The notes under the pieces are model-generated. The model saw only the letters and a program-made list of their open reading frames with translations. It had not been told where the DNA came from and did not search any database. From the NCBI GenBank assembly GCA_963843975.1, contig CAWJMG010000003.1, positions 2,400,001 to 2,432,000 on the forward strand: DNA of 32,000 nucleotides, given 5' to 3'. This document shows, piece by piece, positions 16,262 through 25,503 of this stretch. Origin of the DNA: an uncultured Actinomycetes bacterium. Lineage in GTDB: Bacteria > Actinomycetota > Actinomycetes > S36-B12 > CAIYMF01. The translations under genes and the position numbers were made by a program. Position 1 is the stretch's first letter. Each line of letters opens with the position of its first letter.

Positions 16262-17449
16262 GTGGGCGATGATCACCGGGTGACCCGCGTCCTGACGATC
16301 CTCGGCTCGGGCGAGACCAGCCCGACGATGGTCACCCCCCACCAGAAGACCTTCGCCAGACTCGGCACCGACGTGCGAGCCGTGCTGCTGGACTCGCCGT
16401 ACGGCTTCCAGGAGAACGCCGACGAGCTCACCGAGAAGGCGCAGCAGTACTTCCGCGAGAGCGTCGGGCGCACGGTCGAGGCCGTGACCTTCCGATCGGC
16501 GCCCGCTCCCGACCCGGTGCTGCACGCGCAGGAGATGGCTCGGCTGCGCGCGGCCGACTGGATCTTCGCGGGTCCGGGCTCGCCGTCGTACGCCCTGCGC
16601 AGCTGGGCCGGGAGCGCCGTGCCCGACGCGCTGCATGCGCGGCTGGCGGAGGGCGGCGCCGTCACGTTCGCGAGCGCCGCGGCCCTCACGCTCGGCCTGC
16701 TCACCATCCCGGTCTACGAGATCTACAAGGTCGGCGAGGCTCCGCGCTGGCTCGACGGCCTCGACGTCGTCGGCCGGGCGACCGGTCTGCGCGCCGCCGT
16801 CGTACCGCACTGGAACAACGCCGAGGGCGGCACCCACGACACCCGCTTCTGCTGGCTCGGCGAGAAGCGGCTCGTGGCGCTCGAGGAGCAGCTGCCCGAG
16901 GGCGTGTTCGTGCTCGGCGTGGACGAGCACACGGGACTGGTCATCGACCTCGACTCCCGCGCCTGCGAGGTCGTCGGCAAGGGCACTGTCGTCGTCCGCG
17001 TGCACGGCGACGAGTGGGTCCTGAACGCCGGCGACACCACCACCATCGACGAGATCGCCTCGCACGCAACGGGTTCCAGCGCCGCGTCCGCTCCCGTCGC
17101 TGCGGCTGCCGTGACCTCGCTCGACGCCTCCGCCGTCGACACCGCGCTCGAGGCGGGCGATGTCGCCACGGCCCTGGCGCTCGTCGGCGAGCTCGACCGG
17201 GGCGCGACGACCGACGACGAGCGCGGCCTCGTCCGGTCGTTGATCGCACGCGCGGGCGCGGCGGTCGGCGAGCCGGTCGACGTCACCGAGACGGTGCGCC
17301 CGCTCGTCGAGGTGCTGCTGACGCTGCGCGGATCCGCCCGCGCCGAGAAGCGCTGGGCCGACAGCGACGCGATCCGCGACGGGCTCGCTGGCGCCGGTGT
17401 CGAGGTGCGTGACACGGCTGACGGCGTCGAGTGGGAGGTACGTCGATGA
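16262..17449 (+). CDS. S51/cyanophycinase-like (class I glutamine-amidotransferase-like) domain protein with a cysteinyl-tRNA-synthetase C-terminal-like tail
   Basis: The N-terminal ~250 aa are paralogous to the next gene but with degraded motifs (FAGPGSPSYAL, FASAAALTLG, VPHWNN). The C-terminal ~130 aa (VDTALEAGDVATALALVGEL...RGSARAEKRWADSDAIRDGLAGAGVEVRDTADGVEWEV) resemble the CysRS C-terminal extension. GTG 16280 is an alternative start. Confidence 0.7.
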   Translation: MGDDHRVTRVLTILGSGETSPTMVTPHQKTFARLGTDVRAVLLDSPYGFQENADELTEKAQQYFRESVGRTVEAVTFRSAPAPDPVLHAQEMARLRAADWIFAGPGSPSYALRSWAGSAVPDALHARLAEGGAVTFASAAALTLGLLTIPVYEIYKVGEAPRWLDGLDVVGRATGLRAAVVPHWNNAEGGTHDTRFCWLGEKRLVALEEQLPEGVFVLGVDEHTGLVIDLDSRACEVVGKGTVVVRVHGDEWVLNAGDTTTIDEIASHATGSSAASAPVAAAAVTSLDASAVDTALEAGDVATALALVGELDRGATTDDERGLVRSLIARAGAAVGEPVDVTETVRPLVEVLLTLRGSARAEKRWADSDAIRDGLAGAGVEVRDTADGVEWEVRR

Positions 17450-18147
17450 CCGCAGCACCCATCGCACTGGTCGGCTCGGGCGAGTACCTCCCCGTCATGA
17501 CCGAGATCGAGGGCGCGCTGATCGCCGGGCGCGCACCGAAGTACGTGCAGCTCGCCACCGCGGCCGCACCCGAGGGCGACGACTCGCTCGCACGCTGGCA
17601 CCGGCTCGGACGCGACCAGGCCGAGCGCCTCGGCGTCGAGCAGGTGATCGTCGACGTGCGCACCCGCGAGCACGCCGAGGACTCCTCACTGGCGGCGCTG
17701 ATCAAGGGCGCCGGTCTCATCTACCTCTCCGGCGGCAACCCGGCGTACCTCGCCGAGACGCTGCGCCAGACGGCGGTGTGGCACGCGATCGTCGCCGCGC
17801 ACGAGGCCGGGGCCGCGGTTGCCGGGTGCAGCGCGGGGGCGATGGCCCTCTCCGGCTGGGCGCCGCGGATGCGCTCGATGCGCGCCGAGCAGCCGACGGG
17901 CCTCGGCCTCGTGCCGCACGTCCGCGTGATCCCGCACTTCGACAAGATGGCCGCCTGGGTTCCCGACATGCTGCGCAACGCGCTGCTCGGCCTGCCCGAG
18001 GGCGTGACCCTGCTCGGCATCGACGAGGACACCGCGCTGGTCGGCGGCCCGCACGAGTGGACCGTCCAGGGGCGTCAGTCGGTCTGGGTGCTCGGCCACG
18101 GCAAGCGCGTCGAGCACGCCGCCGGCAGCACGCTGACGCTGCCGTAG
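17446..18147 (+). CDS. Peptidase S51 / cyanophycinase-like family protein
   Basis: LSGGNPAYL, GCSAGAMAL (GxSAG nucleophile elbow) and IPHFD (His). ATG 17446 overlaps the upstream stop (ATGA). Confidence 0.78.
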   Translation: MTAAPIALVGSGEYLPVMTEIEGALIAGRAPKYVQLATAAAPEGDDSLARWHRLGRDQAERLGVEQVIVDVRTREHAEDSSLAALIKGAGLIYLSGGNPAYLAETLRQTAVWHAIVAAHEAGAAVAGCSAGAMALSGWAPRMRSMRAEQPTGLGLVPHVRVIPHFDKMAAWVPDMLRNALLGLPEGVTLLGIDEDTALVGGPHEWTVQGRQSVWVLGHGKRVEHAAGSTLTLP

Positions 18148-18299
18148 AACCGGAGCGTCCAGCGCCCGGATCGTCGTCGTACGGCGCTACTCTCGCACCG
18201 TGACCTGCACCCCGCCGTGACCTGACGCCACGCCGCCTGCGGACCTCGTCGTCCGCGCTGTTGTCGTGCCGTCGCGCCCCGTGCCGGAAGGTCGTCCCC

Positions 18300-19487
18300 A
18301 TGCCCACCGCTGACCGCGGCTATCTCGCCGTGCTCCGGCGCCCTCATGCCGCACCGCTCGCGGCTTGGGCGTCGCTCGCGCGGCTGCAGTTCGGCGTGCT
18401 GCCCCTCGCCACGCTGCTGCTGCTCGCCTCGACCCGCGGGTCGTACGCCGAGGCCGGAGCCGCGACGGCGGCGTACGGCCTCGCCGTCGGCCTGCTCATG
18501 CCGCTGCGCGCCCGCGCGGCGGACCGGTGGGGCCACGACCGCGTCCTCGTGGCGTTCTCGCTGCTGAACGCTCTCGGCATCGCGGCCGTCGTCGCGCTGG
18601 CGTCCGGCCCGCTGTGGCTGCTCGTCGTCGTGTCGTTCGTAGCCGGATCGCTGCCCGCGCCGGTCGGCCCGGTCGTGCGGTCGTCCTGGCACGACATCGT
18701 CGACGGCGACGACGACCTGCTGCGCCGCGCGTACTCCTTCGACTCCGTGAGCGAGGAGGTGCTGTACGTCGCCGGCCCCATCGTCGCGGCCGCGGCCGTC
18801 GCGGTGTGGGGCGCGCCCGCGGTCATCCTCGCGTCGGCGCTGGCGCTCGTGATCGCCTGCATCGGGTTGACGACGGTGCTGCGCGGGATGCGCATCTCGG
18901 CCGAGGAGCGGCCGCCTCGGCCGAGGGTGCCGTGGCGCAGCCTCACGTTCCTGCTCGGGCTGCTGCCAGCGATCGCGATCGGCCTGCTGCTCGGCGGTCT
19001 CGAGCTCGCAGCCGTGGCGCTCATCATCTCCCTCTCGGGCGAGGGCGTGGCGGGCGCTCCTGCGGCTCTCATCTCGATCGGCTCGATCGTGGGCGGCCTG
19101 GTCTACGGACGGCGGCGCTGGCCCGGCACGGCGGCCGCACAGTCGGTCGCCGCAGTGCTCGGCGCGGCCGCCGCCGTCGCGGTCGGCGCGTCGGCCGCCG
19201 GCATGCTCCCTGCGGTGCTCGCGGCCTTCCTCGTCGCCGGCCTGTTCGTCGCTCCGGCCGTGGTGGCGTCGTACCTCGTGGCCGACGAGGCGGTCCAGGG
19301 TGCGAGCGCGGAGTCGACGGCGTGGGTCACCGCGGCGTTCAACGTGGGCACCGCCGCGGGCACGCTGCTCGCCGGCCTGCTGGTCGACGTCCGCAGCCCC
19401 AGCACCGCGATGCTGGCGCTCGCGCTCACGACCGTCGTGATCGCGACGGCCGGCGCTCTCGGCGTACGCCGCGCGATGAAGGCCTAG
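18300..19487 (+). CDS. MFS transporter
   Basis: 395 aa from ATG 18300 with about 12 TM helices and Ala/Leu/Val/Gly-rich composition. Confidence 0.8.
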   Translation: MPTADRGYLAVLRRPHAAPLAAWASLARLQFGVLPLATLLLLASTRGSYAEAGAATAAYGLAVGLLMPLRARAADRWGHDRVLVAFSLLNALGIAAVVALASGPLWLLVVVSFVAGSLPAPVGPVVRSSWHDIVDGDDDLLRRAYSFDSVSEEVLYVAGPIVAAAAVAVWGAPAVILASALALVIACIGLTTVLRGMRISAEERPPRPRVPWRSLTFLLGLLPAIAIGLLLGGLELAAVALIISLSGEGVAGAPAALISIGSIVGGLVYGRRRWPGTAAAQSVAAVLGAAAAVAVGASAAGMLPAVLAAFLVAGLFVAPAVVASYLVADEAVQGASAESTAWVTAAFNVGTAAGTLLAGLLVDVRSPSTAMLALALTTVVIATAGALGVRRAMKA

Positions 19488-19510
19488 TTTGTTGCGCTCT
19501 TAGCAACGAA

Positions 19511-19537
19511 GGCCCCCTTCACCGCAAACCGGGGGCC
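19511..19537. terminator. Hairpin between the convergent MFS and PAC2 genes
   Basis: GGCCCCC (19511-19517), 13-nt loop, GGGGGCC (19531-19537). A second small hairpin is GTTGC-N7-GCAAC at 19491-19507. Confidence 0.5.
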
Positions 19538-20452
19538 CTAGGAGCGGTCTTCGGGCTTGCCCTCGTCCATCTCGCGGAGGAAGTCCTCGAGCGCGGCGGC
19601 GATCTCGTCGCCGCTCGGCAGCTCCTGACCGTCGGCCAGGGGCAGCGCGTCGGCAGCCCCGCGCGCCATCGCGTCGTACTGCGCCTCGAGGGCGCGCACG
19701 GCCTCGAGGTTCTCGGGGTTGGCCGCGACCTGCTCGTTGATCTCGCGGTCGGCGATGTCGGCTGCGATCTCCAGCGCGGACCAGTCGAGGTTGAGGCTGC
19801 CGGCGACGGCGATCTCCTGCAGCAGCTGCACCGCCGCGCGCGGGTACTCGACCTGCGCGAGGTAGTGCGGGATGTGCACGGCGAAGCCCATGGCCTCGTG
19901 CCCCGCCTCGCCGATCGCGATCTCGAGGGCTCCGGCCATGTGACCGGGCACCTGGATCGCACCGACGAAGGTCGAGCCACCGGGCACGAGCGACGGGTCG
20001 GTGCCGTGCGCGGTGACACCGATCGGACGGGTGTGCGGCGCGGCCCACGGGATCGCGTTGAGGCCGATCGACCGGCGTACGCCGAAGTGCTCGACGAGCT
20101 GGATGACGGCGGCGTTGAACGTGCGCCAGCCGAAGTCGGGCTCGGGGCCGTGCAGGAGCAGGAAGCCGGTGCCGTCCTGGTCCTTGAGCTCGGACAGCAG
20201 CAGGTCGGGGTAGTCGATGGACTGGTAGTGGTCGGTGTCGAAGATCATCCGCGGGCGGCGGGCGCGGTAGTCGTACAGCGCGTCGATGTCGAACTGGGCC
20301 ACAGTGCGGTGCTCGTACGTCGCCAGCAGGTGCGCGACGGCGAGCTGGCGGGCGGCGCCGGCGTCCAGGAACCCGCCGAGGGCGTGCACGAGCACCGGCG
20401 ACTCGAGGTCGACGTCGTCGGTCACGATCTCGTAGAGGCTCTCGGGGCGCAT
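19538..20452 (-). CDS. PAC2 (proteasome assembly chaperone 2-like) family protein
   Basis: 304 aa from ATG 20452: MRPESLYEIV...PVLVHALGGFLDAGAA...GFLLLHGPEPDFGWRTF...IPWAAPHTRP, with an acidic C-terminus. The listed 630-aa ORF is an upstream over-extension. Confidence 0.8.
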   Translation of the reverse strand: MRPESLYEIVTDDVDLESPVLVHALGGFLDAGAARQLAVAHLLATYEHRTVAQFDIDALYDYRARRPRMIFDTDHYQSIDYPDLLLSELKDQDGTGFLLLHGPEPDFGWRTFNAAVIQLVEHFGVRRSIGLNAIPWAAPHTRPIGVTAHGTDPSLVPGGSTFVGAIQVPGHMAGALEIAIGEAGHEAMGFAVHIPHYLAQVEYPRAAVQLLQEIAVAGSLNLDWSALEIAADIADREINEQVAANPENLEAVRALEAQYDAMARGAADALPLADGQELPSGDEIAAALEDFLREMDEGKPEDRS

Positions 20453-20629
20453 GCGGTCATTCTCCAACAGTCGGAACCTGTGCGCTCCCGCGCACGTCAT
20501 CCCTCTGGCAACGTCGCCGACCGGCGGCTCCATTCCTTCACGAGGACCCACCAGCGTGCTCCCCTCCCCCGCCACCTCCCGGGCGACCGTGCTGCGCACG
20601 TCCCGCGGGGACGCCGTACGGTCAGCCCC

Positions 20630-21499
20630 GTGAGCGGCACCGACAGCACCCCCGAGCGCGACCCCGCACCAGCCGCCGACGCTGGCGACGCGGTAGGGGC
20701 CTGGCGCCAGGGACCGCCAGATCTCGCTCCCGAGACGGCGCCGCGGACGATCCCGGACCGCCGCACTCTCCGAGCCGAGGTGTGGCTGGTCCTCTGGATC
20801 TCGATCGCGGCCTCCGGGCTCAAGGCGTTCGTCTCCCTGGTGGACTCGCTCACCAAGGGCACGCCCCTGCGTCAGCAGACCACCACCCTCATCACGACGT
20901 ACGTCGTCGACCGCCCGTGGCTCGACTTCATGTACCAGGCCACGCGCATCGGTCTCGCGCTCATCCCGGTGCTGCTCGTCATCCACCTGCTGCGCCGCAG
21001 CGGCGAGGGTGCGCGCACGATCGGCTTCGACCTGAGCGACTGGAAGCGCGACCTGCTGCGCGGCGCCGCACTCGCCGCGGGCATCGGCGGCGTAGGCCTC
21101 GTCTTCTACCTCATCGCGTACAACATGGGCTTCAGCGTGCGCATCGCCGCCGTCACGCTGTCCGGCGGCTGGTGGAACGCGGCCTACCCGATCCTGTACG
21201 CCGCCTACAACGCGGTGGTCGAAGAGGTCATCGTCCTCGCGTACCTCCTGCACCGCGCCGACCAGCTCGGCTGGAAGCCGTGGAAGGCCCTGGGCACCAG
21301 TGCATTCCTGCGCGGCGCCTACCACCTGTACCAAGGCTTCGGCGGCTTCGTCGGCAACATCGCCATGGGCCTGGTCTTCGGCGTGCTGTTCCGGCGCTGG
21401 CGGCGCGTGATGCCCTTCGTCGTCGCGCACTTCCTCATCGACGCGGTCGCCTTCGTCGGCTACGCCCTGCTCGGCGGCAAGGTCAGCTGGCTCCCCTGA
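20630..21499 (+). CDS. CPBP-family intramembrane glutamic endopeptidase (CAAX protease/Abi family)
   Basis: Multi-TM protein with an EE motif (NAVVEEVIVLAYLL), FLRGAYHLYQG and a HFLIDA-type His motif. The start is placed at GTG 20630 and is uncertain. The listed ORF 18365..21499 is mostly spurious. Confidence 0.8.
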   Translation: MSGTDSTPERDPAPAADAGDAVGAWRQGPPDLAPETAPRTIPDRRTLRAEVWLVLWISIAASGLKAFVSLVDSLTKGTPLRQQTTTLITTYVVDRPWLDFMYQATRIGLALIPVLLVIHLLRRSGEGARTIGFDLSDWKRDLLRGAALAAGIGGVGLVFYLIAYNMGFSVRIAAVTLSGGWWNAAYPILYAAYNAVVEEVIVLAYLLHRADQLGWKPWKALGTSAFLRGAYHLYQGFGGFVGNIAMGLVFGVLFRRWRRVMPFVVAHFLIDAVAFVGYALLGGKVSWLP

Positions 21500-21502
21500 C
21501 GC

Positions 21503-22963
21503 TCAGGCGGGGCGGAAGCTGCTGAGGTCGACGACGGGCGCGGCGTGCTTGACCATGAGGTGGCGCGTCACGGTGTACTCCAGCACCGCCTCGTGGCTCA
21601 TGTCCTTGCCGAAGCCGCTGCCCTTCACCCCGCCGTGGGGTGCCTCGGACGCGATCGGCAGGTGGTCGTTGACCCACGTGACGCCGACGTCGAGACGGTG
21701 GCTCACGCGCAGGGCGCGGCCGACGTCGCTGGTCCACACCGACGACGCGAGGCCGTAGCGCGAGTCGTTCGCGAGGCGTACGGCGTCGTCCTCGTCGTCG
21801 AAGGGCAGCACCACGAGCACCGGGCCGAACACCTCGCCCTGCACGATCTCGCTGTCCTGCCGCGGCCCGGCCACGAGGGTCGGCGCGTAGTAGGCGCCGA
21901 CGCCGTCGGGCAGCTCGCCGCCGACCACGATCTCTGCACCGGCCTCGGCGGCACGGGCGACGAATCCGTGCACCCGGTCGCGGTGGCCGCGCGAGATGAG
22001 CGGCCCGATGTCGGTGCCGGGCTCGCGCGGGGCCCCCACGCGGATCGCGGCCATCACCGCGCGCATCGCGTCGACCGCGTCCGCGTAGCGCGAGCGCTCG
22101 ACGTACACGCGCGTCGCCGCCGTGCAGTCCTGGCCCGAGTTGTACGTCGCCCCCAGCGCCACCGCGCGTGCCATCGCCTCGATGTCGGCGTCTGCGAACA
22201 CCATCGCCGGCGCCTTGCCGCCGAGCTCGAGGTGCACGCGCTTGGCCGTCTCGGCCGCTGCTGCCATGACCGCGCGGCCCGTGGCGGATGAACCGGTGAC
22301 CGAGACCATGTCGGTGCCAGGGTCCGAGACCAGCGCGGTGCCGACGTCGGCTCCGCCGGTGACCACGTTGAGCACGCCCGCGGGGAGGCCTGCCTCGGCC
22401 GCCAGCTCGGCGAGCAGGATCGACGAGCTCGGAGTGGCCGGCGCGGGCTTGAGCACCACGGTGTTGCCCGCTGCGAGCGCCGGCCCGATCTTCCAGACCC
22501 CCATGATGAACGGGAAGTTCCACGGCGCGATCGACCCGACCACGCCGACCGGGCGACGCAGCAGCATCGACGTGTAGCCCTCCGACAGCACGCCGGCGCC
22601 CGTGCCCTCGAGCGAGCGGGCCGAGCCGGCGAAGAAGCGCAGGTTGTCGGCTGCGAACGGCAGCTCGCCGTCGAGGAACGTCGCCCACGGCTTGCCCGAC
22701 TCGCGCACCTCGAGCTCGGTGATGTCCGCGCCGCGTGCCTCCACGAGGTCGGCAAGGCGGAGCAGGACGCGTGCGCGCTCGCCCGCCGTTCGCCGTCCCC
22801 ACGCCTGCTGGGCTGCGCGCGCGGACGCGACCGCCTCGGCCACCTCCGCGACCGAGGCCTCGTGCACCTCGGCCGTGACGGAGCCGTCGGCGGGGTCGTG
22901 CAGCACGCGCACGCCGCCAGCGCCGTTGCGCGTGACGCCGTCGATGTGCAGGCCGGCGGTCAT
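21503..22963 (-). CDS. NAD(P)-dependent aldehyde dehydrogenase, probably aminobutyraldehyde dehydrogenase
   Basis: 486 aa with catalytic Glu (HLELGGKAP), catalytic Cys (GQDCTAATR) and FPFIMGVWKIGPALAAGNTVVLKPA. It is the last gene of the pot/oxidase operon. GAGGAG Shine-Dalgarno upstream. Confidence 0.88.
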   Translation of the reverse strand: MTAGLHIDGVTRNGAGGVRVLHDPADGSVTAEVHEASVAEVAEAVASARAAQQAWGRRTAGERARVLLRLADLVEARGADITELEVRESGKPWATFLDGELPFAADNLRFFAGSARSLEGTGAGVLSEGYTSMLLRRPVGVVGSIAPWNFPFIMGVWKIGPALAAGNTVVLKPAPATPSSSILLAELAAEAGLPAGVLNVVTGGADVGTALVSDPGTDMVSVTGSSATGRAVMAAAAETAKRVHLELGGKAPAMVFADADIEAMARAVALGATYNSGQDCTAATRVYVERSRYADAVDAMRAVMAAIRVGAPREPGTDIGPLISRGHRDRVHGFVARAAEAGAEIVVGGELPDGVGAYYAPTLVAGPRQDSEIVQGEVFGPVLVVLPFDDEDDAVRLANDSRYGLASSVWTSDVGRALRVSHRLDVGVTWVNDHLPIASEAPHGGVKGSGFGKDMSHEAVLEYTVTRHLMVKHAAPVVDLSSFRPA

Positions 22964-23007
22964 GGGTGACTCCTCATCTGGGTGCAGGACGGGGCGCGAA
23001 GGCGGTG

Positions 23008-24420
23008 TCAGCTGTTGAAGCCGACGCCCATGCGGTCGAGCAGTCGGAGGTACGCGCCGCGGCGCCCGGTACGGTCCTCACGGGCCAGGGCCGCCTGGGT
23101 GGCACGGATGAGCGGATAGCGAACCGGCTCGGGCGGGAACGGCACGGGTCGGCGGCGAACGAGCTCGAGAGCCGTTCTCTCGCTTGCGATCCCGTCGACG
23201 AGGTCGAGCGAGGTACGCGCGCCGAAGCGCGAGGCTCCGACGCCCAGCCCGGTGTAGCCGACGGCGTACGCCAGGCGCCCGCCGAAGGCCGTGCCGAACA
23301 GCGGCGTGAAGCGCGACGTCGTGTCGATGGCGCCGTACCAGCGGTGGGTGAAGCGGATGCCCTCGAGCTGCGGGAGCGTGTCGAGGAAGTGCGAGGCCAG
23401 CGTGCGGAACGACTGCTCGCGCGCCTGCACGGACTCCGGACCGCGCCCGCCGAAGTGGTAGATGGCGTCGTACCCGCCCCAGAGGATCCGGCCGTCCGGG
23501 GTGATCCGGTAGTAGTGGAACTGGTTGCCCAGGTCGGTGAGGCCCTGCTCCTCGCGCCACCCGATCGACTCCCGCTGCTGGGTGGTGAGCGGCTCGGTCG
23601 TCAGCACGTGGTCGTAGACGGGCAGGATCCAGCTGCGCAGCCGCTGCAGCAGCGGCGGGAACGCGTTGGTGCCGAGGACGACCCGCTGCGCCTCGACGAC
23701 GCCGTGCTCCGTCCTCGCCTCGACCCCGTTCTGCGTCCGCGTCAGCCCCGTGACCGCCGACCGCTCATGGACGACACCGCCACGGGCTCGCACAGCCCGC
23801 AGCAGCCCCCAGCACAGCAGCGCCGGGTCGAGGGTGCCGCCGCCGGTCCGCACGCGGAGCCCGCCGAGGTACGTCGGCGAGTGGACGTCGGCCCGAGCCT
23901 CGTCGGCGTCGAGCAGCGTGCAGTCCTCCCCGGCCTCCACGTGCGCGCGGTACGACTCGGCGAGGCCGTCGACCTGGTGCGGCAGCACGGCCATCGCGGT
24001 CTTGCCCGTCAGCCGCAGGTGCGCGTCGATCCCCTCGCACCGGAGGAGCTCGGCGATCTCCGCCAGGTTCTCGCGGCCGAGCCGCAGCAGCTCGGGCATC
24101 TCGGCCGGCCACTGGTCGTTGCCGTGCGCGACGCCATGCGTCAGAGACTCGGCGATGAAGCCGCCGTTGCGCCCGGACGCGCCCGACGCCACGAGGTCGC
24201 CCTCGAGCACCAGGACGTCGCGCGACGGGTCACGGCGCAGCGCCTCGAGCGCTGTCCAGAGGCCGGTGAGACCGCCTCCGATCACGAGCAGGTCGGTGCG
24301 GACGCGCCCCACGAGCGGCGGGGTCGGCTCAGGCGCGTCGGGCCGGTCCGTCCAGAGCACCCGCGCCTCCGCGTCGCGGAGCGACGAGACCACGGAGGCG
24401 TCGGACGGCGTGATGGTCAC
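23008..24420 (-). CDS. FAD-dependent oxidoreductase (DAO family; gamma-glutamylputrescine-oxidase-like)
   Basis: 470 aa with the N-terminal dinucleotide fold DLLVIGGGLTGLWTAL. The GTG start lies 9 nt after the potA stop. Confidence 0.8.
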   Translation of the reverse strand: MTITPSDASVVSSLRDAEARVLWTDRPDAPEPTPPLVGRVRTDLLVIGGGLTGLWTALEALRRDPSRDVLVLEGDLVASGASGRNGGFIAESLTHGVAHGNDQWPAEMPELLRLGRENLAEIAELLRCEGIDAHLRLTGKTAMAVLPHQVDGLAESYRAHVEAGEDCTLLDADEARADVHSPTYLGGLRVRTGGGTLDPALLCWGLLRAVRARGGVVHERSAVTGLTRTQNGVEARTEHGVVEAQRVVLGTNAFPPLLQRLRSWILPVYDHVLTTEPLTTQQRESIGWREEQGLTDLGNQFHYYRITPDGRILWGGYDAIYHFGGRGPESVQAREQSFRTLASHFLDTLPQLEGIRFTHRWYGAIDTTSRFTPLFGTAFGGRLAYAVGYTGLGVGASRFGARTSLDLVDGIASERTALELVRRRPVPFPPEPVRYPLIRATQAALAREDRTGRRGAYLRLLDRMGVGFNS

Positions 24421-24429
24421 GGTCGTCCG

Positions 24430-25503
24430 TCAGCCTGCGAGGACGACGGCCTTGGCCGCGTCCCACGCGAGGTGGACGACGGCGCCGCGCTCGACCTCGG
24501 GCGCACCGGGACGCGTGTGCAGGACGGGCTCGTCATGCCCGGGAACCGTCACCGCGACGGTCGAGACACCGCCGTAGAACTTCGTGTCGACGACGGTGCC
24601 GCTCACCGACGCCGACGCCTCGTCGACGAGCCGCGTGTCCTCGGGCCGGACGACGAGGACGGCGTCGCCCGAGACCGCAGCGCCCGAGAGCCCGCCCGGC
24701 AGCACCTTGCCGTCGACCGAGACCCCGCCGTCGACGGCCGTGCCGCGGAACTGGTTGCTCGTGCCGATGAAGCCGGCGACGAAGAGGGTGGCGGGCCGCT
24801 GGTAGAGGTCGATGGGCGCGTCGATCTGCTGCACCCGGCCCGAGCCCATGACGGCGATGCGGTCGGCCATCGACATGGCCTCCTCCTGGTCGTGGGTGAC
24901 GACCACGAAGGTGATGCCGACCTCGTGCTGGAGGCGCTTGAGCTCGAGCTGCATCTCGGCTCGCACCTTGCGGTCGAGCGCAGACAGAGGCTCGTCGAGG
25001 AGCAGGAGACGGGGCCGCTTCACGATGGCGCGGGCGAGTGCCACGCGCTGGCGCTGGCCTCCCGACAGCTGCGACGGACGACGACGGGCGAGGTCGGCGA
25101 GGCCGACCGTCCGGAGCACCTCCGCGACGCGGTCGCGCACCTCGTCCTTGGGCCGCCCCTCGCGCTCGAGGCCGTAGGCGATGTTCTTCTCGACCGACAT
25201 GTGCGGGAAGAGCGCGTAGGACTGGAACATCAGGTTGACCGGGCGCCGGTGCGGCGGCTGCCCGAGCAGGTCCTCCCCCGAGAGGAGCACCTGGCCGGAG
25301 TCGGGGTGCTCGAAGCCGGCGAGCACGCGCAGCAGCGTGGTCTTGCCGCAGCCCGAGGGGCCGAGGAGCGCGAAGAACTCGTTCTCCCTGATCTCGAGGC
25401 TGACGTCGTCGAGGGCGACGACGTCGCCGAAGGCGCGCGACACGCCGCGGATGCTGACGAGGGGCGTGGCGACGTCGGTCGCGACGTTCGAAGGCGCGTT
25501 CAT
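24430..25503 (-). CDS. potA: Spermidine/putrescine ABC transporter ATP-binding protein
   Basis: Walker A GPSGCGKTT, signature LSGGQRQRVALA, Walker B LLLDEPLSALD, and a C-terminal TOBE-like domain. ATG 25503 overlaps the potC stop (ATGA). Confidence 0.9.
   Translation of the reverse strand: MNAPSNVATDVATPLVSIRGVSRAFGDVVALDDVSLEIRENEFFALLGPSGCGKTTLLRVLAGFEHPDSGQVLLSGEDLLGQPPHRRPVNLMFQSYALFPHMSVEKNIAYGLEREGRPKDEVRDRVAEVLRTVGLADLARRRPSQLSGGQRQRVALARAIVKRPRLLLLDEPLSALDRKVRAEMQLELKRLQHEVGITFVVVTHDQEEAMSMADRIAVMGSGRVQQIDAPIDLYQRPATLFVAGFIGTSNQFRGTAVDGGVSVDGKVLPGGLSGAAVSGDAVLVVRPEDTRLVDEASASVSGTVVDTKFYGGVSTVAVTVPGHDEPVLHTRPGAPEVERGAVVHLAWDAAKAVVLAG

Noticed and set aside
18198-18224. The CCGTGACCTG direct repeats as PhoP PHO boxes, given the pst operon in the window
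   Set aside because: The spacing is 17 bp rather than the 11-bp units I recall for actinobacterial PHO boxes, and the sequence does not resemble a GTTCACC-type unit. The true pstS promoter lies outside the window.
18365-21499. 1044-aa plus-strand ORF
   Set aside because: Only the last ~289 codons (from GTG 20630) encode a recognisable CPBP protease. The rest runs out of frame through the MFS gene and antisense through the PAC2 gene, and is Arg/Gly/Pro-rich.
20630-21499. CPBP/Abi-family protease as a possible abortive-infection or bacteriocin-immunity module (with the divergent PAC2 gene)
   Set aside because: No adjacent bacteriocin precursor, modification enzyme or other defence gene is present. 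CPBP proteins are common housekeeping membrane proteases in actinobacteria. The pairing with PAC2 is only a shared divergent promoter region.
21495-21507. Inverted repeat CCTGA-CGC-TCAGG joining the stop codons of the convergent CPBP and aldehyde dehydrogenase genes
   Set aside because: The arms are only 5 bp and consist largely of the two stop codons themselves. This is too short to argue for a terminator or binding site.
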